From Reclinomonas americana ATCC 50394 (lineage: Eukaryota), in the NCBI GenBank assembly GCA_048213135.1, contig PS015119.1, positions 53,746-117,699 on the forward strand: a DNA stretch of 63,954 bases. The letters run 5' to 3'. Position 1 is the first letter of the stretch; each line of letters begins with the position of its first letter. A program made the translations under genes and the position numbers. Below, piece after piece: positions 55,410 to 63,954 of the stretch. Under the pieces are notes generated by a model, which was not told the origin of the DNA, did no database searches, and was given only the letters and a program-made list of their open reading frames with translations.

Positions 55410-56270
55410 NNNNNNNNNNNNNNNNNNNNNNNNNNNNNNNNNNNNNNNNNNNNNNNNNNNNNNNNNNNNNNNNNNNNNNNNNNNNNNNNNNNNNNNNNNN
55501 NNNNNNNNNNNNNNNNNNNNNNNNNNNNNNNNNNNNNNNNNNNNNNNNNNNNNNNNNNNNNNNNNNNNNNNNNNNNNNNNNNNNNNNNNNNNNNNNNNNN
55601 NNNNNNNNNNNNNNNNNNNNNNNNNNNNNNNNNNNNNNNNNNNNNNNNNNNNNNNNNNNNNNNNNNNNNNNNNNNNNNNNNNNNNNNNNNNNNNNNGAGA
55701 GAGAGAGAGAGCTAGAAGCAGTGAGGATGCTGGGGAAGATGCGAGAGAGTACAAGTGGGAGCAAGAGTGAACGAGCAAGAGGGAGTGAGACAAGAACAGT
55801 GATTGAGTGAGTGTGTGGAAAGGGAGCAGGTGAGTGGCGAAGCGAGAGAGAGTGGGAGCAAGAGTGAACGAGCAAGATTGTGAATGAGGGCCCGGTGAGT
55901 GAGATGAGGCTGTATGTGGAGAGGGAACGGAGAGAGAGAGAGAGAGAGAGAGAGCAAGAGCGAACGAGCAAGATTAATATGAGGCAGTGTGTGGAGAGGG
56001 AACGGGTCATGAGTGGCGGAGCGAGGGAGGGAGTGAGGGTGCTGGGGGAGGGGCGAGAGAGTGGGAGCAAGAGTGAACGAGCAAGATTGTGAATGAGGGC
56101 TCGGTGAGTGAAATGAGCAGTGTGTGTGGAGAGGGAACGGAGAGAGAGGGGGGATAGAGTGATGGTGCTGGAGAAGATGCGAGGGACGGGGAGTGCGAAC
56201 GAGCAAGAGGGAGTGAGGCAGTGATTGAGTGATCATGAGTGAGGGAGCGGGGGAGTGATGCTGTCGATGA
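55320..56270. repeat. Purine-rich (GA) complex tandem repeat or minisatellite, with an internal gap
   Basis: The unit agtgggagcaagagtgaacgagcaaga occurs at 55754, 55851 and 56060. gtggagagggaacgg and gtgaatgagggc also recur. Confidence 0.8.
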
Positions 56271-56279
56271 AGAGGAATA

Positions 56280-56342
56280 GCAACGGCGAGGGAAGGCCTT
56301 CCTTCCGCCTTTTATTGCCTGACTCCCAGTCAGCATTGTTGC
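56280..56342 (-). ncRNA. Compact multi-hairpin element; candidate 3' part of a Fanzor omegaRNA scaffold
   Basis: A closing stem GCAAC(56280-84)/GTTGC(56338-42) encloses GGCG..CGCC around the palindrome GGAAGGCCTTCC (56291-56302) and a CTGACT/AGTCAG hairpin. It lies about 370 nt downstream of the nuclease stop, at the edge of unique sequence. The omegaRNA role is inferred. Confidence 0.4.
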
Positions 56343-56707
56343 AGAACAGCGCACGCATATGACGGAGGCACTGTGCAACTCTTGGGTTCTTCGCGAGGGC
56401 GCGCGAGATGCAGAGGAGTACTAGCTATAGTGCGGCTTCTTCGGCACGGTCTGTGGCCTGGAGCACTTCGGGGGCGAGGCGCCGTCGTTGGCCATGGTGA
56501 GCGAAGACGAGTGAGCTGTGATTGCAACGGATCCGGAGAGACGATGAAGAAGTGAATACTGTATACGACTGATGTCTATTGGATCGTGGAGAGTGGTGCG
56601 GGGGTACGGAGTGCAAGATCCCAACGAGAAACAGTCTTTACTAACTCATATGTATACAGCACCGTCGCACGGAGCAGAGGCGGTACAGCCCAGCGAATAC
56701 AGACGGC

Positions 56708-59700
56708 TCACTTTCCTCGTGGATGTGCACCCTTGCGCCGTGTGCGCGGAGGTGCGCCGTCGTCCACATTGTCGTCTGCGTCGAGCTGCAGCCGGCGCTT
56801 GCCATCGTTGGATCCGGGTTGGCGTGACGCTGGTGCGGTTACATGAACAGCTGCTGCAGATGATTCTGATGGCGGTGGCGGAGGAGATGGCGGAGGTGGT
56901 GGCAGTGGAGTTGACGGTGGAGGAGGTGGCGGTGGAGGTGCAGCTGCCGACAATGTCGACGTAGACGATGGTGCTCCTGCACCTGGCCGCACGCGCGGCA
57001 CAACAATGACGACGCAACACGTGTTCTTGGAAGCCGACTTGTCTCGGCCGACCGGCTTCCCGTACAGTCGACACATGGTGTTCCCGCAAGTCAACACTTT
57101 TTCGTACTTGGGCCGCGGACGGAATGGCGTCCCACAGCTGCACAGCCTCGTGGTGTGATATTCGGCAGGCTGGAAAAAGTAGATTGGCTTCAGACCAAGC
57201 AGTTTGCGCCGGGCATTGATGTTCTCGATCTACACGCGATGTGAGCAACAAATATATACTGGACAAGCCACGACACGCACCTCTCGTTTCAGTTCCCGAA
57301 TAAACTGTCCGTGCCCAGCGTAATGCAAACCCCTGACTGTCACTCTCGCAAGTCCACGCGCCCGCACCTCCAAAGTGCCGTCAACGGCGACGCGCAGAGT
57401 GAAGCGCGACGACATGTCGTTGGACGAGCGACTGAAGTCAGGAGCTCCAATCGCCGTAATGTGCGTCACAATGCTACGCAGTTCGTGCACGGAGTCAGTC
57501 AGCTGCTGAGCAATAAAAGACAGTGGGGGTGACAAGCGCGCGCAACAACTTGATAATGTCGGCCAAGCAGACATCGCGCGTGCGACACATCGCTCTCCAC
57601 TGGTTGATGTGGCGACGGTGGCACTCCAGCACCACCGAATCTGGCGCCAACACAGTGCCATAGTTTGCTGGTCCGTACGCTTGTTGAACGAGGTACGCGC
57701 GGTCAGCAGCCGGAACAAGGTATTTGCTCGGCACGTTTTTGCCAAACTCAATGTGCGTGCCCGTGCGACCTGTATGCAGTACGTGTGAACAACAATGCCA
57801 CATGCAATGACACATGTGCGCCCACTTGTAAACTCACCCCCTCCCACACACTGCGCTGTTCGAAGTGTGCGAATCCCACTGTCGTCAACCATGAGGCGCT
57901 CGCGCTCAGGCCGGATCTCGCCATACAACAGAAGAATCCTCCACTCGCTGGCAGAGCGATCGATAGCCTCGCTTCCCAGCCGTTGGAGCATCGCCTTGTA
58001 CCCCGATTCCACCACCCACGCAGCGGGCGCGGCGCCACGTCCCCGCTGACACTGTCGTTCCCAACCGTCTGGCTGTTGACGCGGAGCAGGTGATGCGTGG
58101 TCGCACTCGCCGGTCGTCAGGGCACGAAGGAGAACGCTACGTGCAAATGAACAAACCACTGCAGCAAAAAGAATAAAGGTTAAGCGTTCTGCCCGTCACT
58201 CGAATTCATCCCCGAGCCATGCGTACACAAATACCTGCGCGACGTTGCTGCACGCCATGGCCAGCCACGCCGCGGCGCCCCACTTCTTCGATCGCCTTCA
58301 CAACCTCACGGACGTCATGCCGCCCGTTGGCCACAGCATCGCGGCGGCTCGTCACCGTGTCCACATACTGCTGGTGGAGCAGTGCAAGACGCACATTGTA
58401 TGGGTCGACAGTGCCGGGCAAGTCTGCCTCAAACGGGATCATGTCAAGCCTCGTCTCGTTCTTGGCACGCCACACAGCATCGCCTCGCGTCTCAATTACG
58501 AATCGTCTGGCGCAGTCATTCACACGGCGTCGAAGACCACTCGCTGCCTCTGTTGCCTCGCGTGCATCTGATTGCAGGAGTCGGTGAGAGAGGAAACGAG
58601 ACTGATGCGCGCAGGAATGACGATCGAGGGAGAAGGGAAGGAGGGAGTAGAGAAGGAGGGAGGGAAGGATAGAGGAGAGGAGGGAACAAAATCTGGACTG
58701 TTTAGATGCACATCCCATCGACACTCACCGAGGAGCAACCATTCTGCTGTCGCTGAATTCGACATAGTGGTACGCTTGCAGTTGTTGCCGGTGGTGAGAA
58801 TCGTCCAGTTGCGCTGGCATTGCATATCCGCTGCACAGCAAAGCAGCACATGCCGATCGAGAGCGTGCGTGAGCGAAGGATCGAGAAAGAGAGAGAGAAA
58901 AAGAGAGATTCACGCGATGCGTCAGCTCACCTGCGACCACCTGCCAGCACACTGCCGTCCTGCATGCGCTCGTAACCGCCGCAGCCGAGCTCTTCAACCG
59001 CGTCGCAGCAACCTGCACCGCATCGTACAAGCCAAGCTCCTCTGGCGGCAGATGAGACCGCATTAGCAGTCTGGATGCCGCCCGTTGTGCCAGTACCGTC
59101 TGTGGGCCATGCTTGCGGTTGCGGGCACGTGCCGGACCGACGAAACTCGGCGCCGTCAGCAGCGCATCCACAAGCAGCCGCTCAGCTGTTGTTGAACTAC
59201 CCGGTGGGCACGACGCTGATGCAGCATCCAGAGCATCTTCCAACTGAATGGCGCACGACAGTATGCGAAAGGCGTGCTGCGTGGCGTTGTGCAGGAACTC
59301 CACAAGCGCGCCTGACACCTCCGCCGGCACACAAAGGAGGCGAGCGAAAACATGCACATCGGCAACGTCGATCTGCTGCTGCTCGTCGACATCCCACTTG
59401 AAGAGTGACACACAGAGGGCGACAACAGGATCGTTCTTCTCGTCGGCTCGACCCAGCAGCGCCTCGACGGTGGCGAGTGTGAGTGTGCCGTCCTGCAGGA
59501 CGGAGTCGATGCGCTCCTGTTGCTCACGTGCGTGCTTTTGCTGTTCCTCCATATATCTGATATGGAGACCGAGCGCTTGCTTCATAGTCCCTCGTGCCGC
59601 AACTTGGGCTGTTCCGACGGCGACTGCAACACAAAAACGACAGACATGAGTCACAAGAACCTCTGGATCCGGATCCATGGCCAGACCGGACGTGCACAAC

Positions 59701-61468
59701 AGTGTGAGTTGAGAGAGAGAGAGAGAGAAAAAAGGGGGGGGAGGGTACGTGAGAGTGGAGTGAAGAGAGCTTGTGTGTGTGTGTGTGTGTACATGTTGGC
59801 AGTGATCACGAGTGACATGAGTTGGAAGAGACAGAGCAGCAGAGGAGCAAGAACGTGCGTCGCATGGAGGAGAGAGATGGGAAGAGGGACTGAGAAACTT
59901 CGACACACACCGTCCACCTCCGTGATCATCGCCGAGAAGCACGCCGAGACATGAATGGAGAGGAATTCCACCGCCACTGCTGCTGCTCGGGCAAACTTGC
60001 ACACTGCCGCCGGATAGTCCGCATCGTAAATACCGTGGCCAGTAGTAGAGATATGACCGATGGCTTTCCATGCGATGGCTGCATCAATCTGGTCAACACA
60101 ACAACTCGCCACATATCGCGCGATCGAACGGTGTCGACCACACTCACCCAGTGCGTTCGCAACATCCTTGCCAACCTCGTACTCGGTGCTGCTCGCCGAC
60201 GACGAAACCGAGGCCACGGCTCGCAGCATTGCAACGACCACCGGTTGTCCCGCTGTCGTGACCCTCACGTGTTTTTGCACAGCGGTTTCAGCCGGCGCCT
60301 CGCCGCCGGCCACATGGACAAGCGCACGTGGAATCAGGTCACTAACGGCAACCATCAACCCGAGGAGGCCGGCATTCGGCAACACAGGCAGCGGTTGTGG
60401 AGAGCAATCGTGGCCGATGGCGTTGTTGAGGTCCGTGAACGACTCGGAAAGGCTGTCGGACGCACGAGACGTCCAGGCAGCAGCAGTGCATCCGGGCGAG
60501 ACGATGAGCGAGTCGAGTTTCATCGCCGTCGCCCGACATTCTGCGCTCACATCGACAGCATGTCGAAGAGCTGAGGCGAGCTTGCAGCCCTGCACCACCG
60601 CCGATACTTGGCCCTCCATGTGCTCGCGCTCGCCGCTACTGGTGTACACCGACAGGAGCTCCGTAGCACGCTCCGTCGCCATCGCCGAGAGCATGTTACA
60701 ACGGTTTCTCAGCTGGCACAAGTAGTTGGTCGGTGTCTCGGCAACTGACGCGGCGTGATCAAGCATGTCCGAGTCGGCGTCGGCGTGGCCACCAACATTG
60801 GCGTCATCCATTTCGGCGTCGGCGTGGCCGGCAACATTGACGTCAACCATTTCGGCGTCGGAGTCGCCAGCTGCAATGTCGACCATTTCGGCGTCGGTCG
60901 TCTGCTGCGAGCCAACACCGAGAACTTGAAGCATGATTTGTCTCTTCACGGTGGGAATGCTGCAAAGACTGTCGAGGCCAGTGATCTGCAATGTTCCACC
61001 ACCTAACACATACACACAATCAGTGATTGCCCGTACAATCATCAAAGACACAGAGGCGTCAGTGCGCGTGATCGCTCTCACCACGCAAGGTCTGGATGGC
61101 GACGTCCTGAAGCACACGAGGCAACGTACTCGCTGTCGGCGCCGCTTGCAACTGCTGTTGCAACAAACGTGTCGAGGGGTAGCGGGCAAATGAGACGTGC
61201 CAGATGCGCAAGTCAGCGAGCGTCTTTGGCGCATCGGCGAACGCCGGTGCCTCTCTCGCGCTCGCGCTCGCCCGTGTCGACTTCACGGCGACCAACAAGC
61301 GTCGCGTCGCATCGAACAGCATTGGTGGCAACGACATGAGCTCCCCCTCCAGAGACAACATGTCGTCATTGACGCTGTGTCGAACGTCTCCTTGTCGCCC
61401 AGTTGCAACACGCGACACGCTGTCAAGCAACAAACTGCGCAATGGGAGAGAGAGAGAGAGAGAGAGAG

Positions 61469-61524
<56 letters not shown>

Positions 61525-63819
61525 NNNNNNNNNNNNNNNNNNNNNNNNNNNNNNNNNNNNNNNNNNNNNNNNNNNNNNNNNNNNNNNNNNNNNNNNNNNN
61601 NNNNNNNNNNNNNNNNNNNNNNNNNNNNNNNNNNNNNNNNNNNNNNNNNNNNNNNNNNNNNNNNNNNNNNNNNNNNNNNNNNNNNNNNNNNNNNNNNNNN
61701 NNNNNNNNNNNNNNNNNNNNNNNNNNNNNNNNNNNNNNNNNNNNNNNNNNNNNNNNNNNNNNNNNNNNNNNNNNNNNNNNNNNNNNNNNNNNNNNNNNNN
61801 NNNNNNNNNNNNNNNNNNNNNNNNNNNNNNNNNNNNNNNNNNNNNNNNNNNNNNNNNNNNNNNNNNNNNNNNNNNNNNNNNNNNNNNNNNNNNNNNNNNN
61901 NNNNNNNNNNNNNNNNNNNNNNNNNNNNNNNNNNNNNNNNNNNNNNNNNNNNNNNNNNNNNNNNNNNNNNNNNNNNNNNNNNNNNNNNNNNNNNNNNNNN
62001 NNNNNNNNNNNNNNNNNNNNNNNNNNNNNNNNNNNNNNNNNNNNNNNNNNNNNNNNNNNNNNNNNNNNNNNNNNNNNNNNNNNNNNNNNNNNNNNNNNNN
62101 NNNNNNNNNNNNNNNNNNNNNNNNNNNNNNNNNNNNNNNNNNNNNNNNNNNNNNNNNNNNNNNNNNNNNNNNNNNNNNNNNNNNNNNNNNNNNNNNNNNN
62201 NNNNNNNNNNNNNNNNNNNNNNNNNNNNNNNNNNNNNNNNNNGAGAGAGAGAGAGCGGCGAGCGGCAATTCAGGGTCACGACAATGGCTCGCTGGTGGAC
62301 AACTACACACATATACTCTCTCTCTCTCTCTCTGTCACTCACCGAACAGACGGCGACAGGCCAGGCCCATCAACGGCGGCCATGGACTCCGCCAACGCTG
62401 TCTCCTCCAATTTCAACGTGGAGAGGCGGTGTGAGGCACTCGCGTGTGTGACAGCAACGCGACCAGCGCGTCCGATTGTGGCCAAAGTCCACGCACAACT
62501 CGCGCACGCGCTCACAGCTTGTGGGCGCAACACCGATGCACACGCTAGTGAGCAACAGCACATATGTGTGCGTGTGACGATGGGAACACACGTACCTCCT
62601 CGAGTGGCAACCGCCGGGTCGCGTTCCTCCTCCTCCTCCTCCTCGGCCTCCTCCTTCTCCGCCGCATCCTTGTCGGCCTGCTTGGCCTTCTTCTTCTCCT
62701 CCTCCGCCTCCTCCTCGTCGTCCTCACGCGGTGGCGGAGAATGGTGCAACGCGTTGCGCTCGCGCTGGATCAGTTGTGCGACCTGGCTCATGACATCGCA
62801 TACCGCCGCAGTTGGATCCACGTTATCACACACCGTTTGCACCAGCTTCTGGGCGCTCTTGCTGGCCTTAACGTGCCAGCTTTTGATGTGGGCCGTCGTT
62901 GTTGTGATGGCTCTGGCCCAGAGAAGAATCTCCTCACCGATCCTCGTCATGCCCGGAGACAGTTCAGGATGCGTTGCGGCGACAACGCAAGTTGCAGCCG
63001 GTGCGGGTGGAGCTTGCGCACGAGGCCTTGAAGCAGCAGGTGCTGCACAAGAGCGTTGGTTAGAAATGACGTCGGCAGAAGTGTGCGTGCAGAGCGAGGG
63101 ATGCGCTGCAAACCAGCAGGTGTGGTGTTCTTGCCCGTCGCCTTTTCCTTCGTCTTCTTCTTCTCCTCTTCCTCCTCCTCCTTCTTGCTATCCTCACTCG
63201 ACGTGCTGCGCCGCTCGGAGGGGAAAAGTGCACCGAGCAACTTGGTGCAATGGTCCTCTGCTCGTTGAAAAACACAGTCAGCAAGCACGCATGTGTGGAG
63301 TGCACGTGCATGCGCAGAGAGGTCTGGCCACGAAACTGCATTCTTGCACGCCTTTGTCGATGTCGGCCGCCAGTTTGTAACACGAGTCTTGCAAACTCGT
63401 AACGACTGTTGGGAGGCGGGCTTCCGGCACGACTCGAGACTCTGCATGTCGCGGTGGTTATCATGAGTTCCTTGTCCGACGGAGTATATATCGACATCAT
63501 GCCAAAGTATCACGGCTCGAGTGCGCACCTTGGCTCACTGCGAGCAGCTCAAAGATCACACGAATGAGGTGCACAAATGCCGCGTGCCCATCCGCTAGCG
63601 CCGTTCTCGCCACCTCCAAGTCCGCGTTTTCTTTCAACAGCGGAATCTGCTTGAGAAACGCGTCCAACACCGTGTCATGGTTTGCCGTGGCGCCACGACG
63701 ACCAGCCGCACGAGGCCCTTGGTAGGCGAGTGCCATCGCCAGAAACAATGAGTTTCTCTGGGAGTCTCTGAGAGCAGAAACGGAGGCATCCTCGGCAATG
63801 GTCGCTGTGAGCGGTGCAA
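56708..63819 (-). CDS. Giant intron-rich Fanzor/TnpB-like RuvC nuclease (at least about 1,650 aa; 5' end beyond window)
   Basis: Exons 63819-63529, 63405-63337, 63257-63114, 63042-62596, 62517-62343, 61419-61082, 61002-59911, 59623-58931, 58830-58729, 58567-58235, 58158-57838, 57769-57573, 57505-57281 and 57229-56708 join in one phase-consistent frame through GT-AG introns. The C-terminus contains RLMVDDSGIRT (RuvC-I), LTDSVHELR (bridge-helix-like), GHGQFIRELK, PAEYHTTRLCSCG (RuvC-II plus zinc ligands), CGNTMC and GRDKSASKN (RuvC-III). Confidence 0.8.
60775..60900 (-). repeat. Coding tandem repeat (about 36-39 bp; DAEMVD/DAEMDD units) inside the Fanzor-like gene
   Basis: ccatttcggcgtcgg occurs three times. 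Translation: DAEMVDIAAGDS-DAEMVDVNVAGHA-DAEMDDANVGGHA-DADSDM. Confidence 0.85.
61446..61524. repeat. (GA)n/(TC)n microsatellite in an intron of the Fanzor-like gene, abutting a gap
   Basis: Direct observation. Confidence 0.9.
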
Positions 63820-63843
63820 CTGTCGTGGTGAGTAAAGCAGCAG

Positions 63844-63892
<49 letters not shown>

Positions 63893-63893
63893 C

Positions 63894-63928
<35 letters not shown>

Positions 63929-63954
63929 AGAAACTGTGTGGTGTGTCGCGTCAG

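Noticed and set aside
55740-56220. CRISPR-like repeat-spacer array next to an RNA-guided nuclease
   Set aside because: Spacing is irregular (97 and 209 bp), the intervening sequences are themselves repetitive and low-complexity, and the unit is not palindromic.
56421-56711. Possible extra 3' exon of the Fanzor-like gene via an AA|GTGAGC donor overlapping the stop codon
   Set aside because: It cannot be resolved without cDNA. The downstream frames look uninformative, so the simple stop at 56710-56708 was kept.
60550-60561. 12-nt match (catcgacagcat) between the putative guide region and the Fanzor gene body
   Set aside because: It is too short to distinguish from chance, and the guide boundary itself is unproven.

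Overview
This is gene-dense, GC-rich eukaryotic (probably protist) scaffold DNA with many short (about 55-120 nt) GT-AG introns and 11 N-gaps. I did not identify the organism. All gene models were spliced by hand from GT/AG signals, frame continuity and conserved motifs. Positions 1-47 kb hold ordinary host genes: a hypothetical protein, a BLTP2/KIAA0100/Fmp27-like lipid-transfer protein, a MINDY-3/4 deubiquitinase, a CENP-E-like kinesin, a FAM184-like coiled coil, a Tda3-like FAD oxidoreductase, a family-16 lysine methyltransferase, a PLAC8 protein, a membrane metallophosphoesterase, a peroxiredoxin, CCT7 and a protein with a Myb-like C-terminus. From 47.3 to 56.3 kb the sequence becomes repeat-rich and decayed. 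The main discovery is at 56.7-63.8 kb (minus strand). It is a 5'-truncated gene of at least 14 exons and at least about 1,650 codons, which the ORF track misses because it is split by introns. Its C-terminus is a TnpB/Fanzor2-like RuvC plus zinc-ribbon nuclease module with all three putative catalytic acids (D, E, D). It sits behind a very large N-terminal region of unknown function, and a compact multi-hairpin element downstream is a candidate omegaRNA scaffold. A second window-wide signal is an abundant atypical 5' splice-site class (GTTGCG/GTTTCG/GTTGTG), used almost only when the last exon base is not G.
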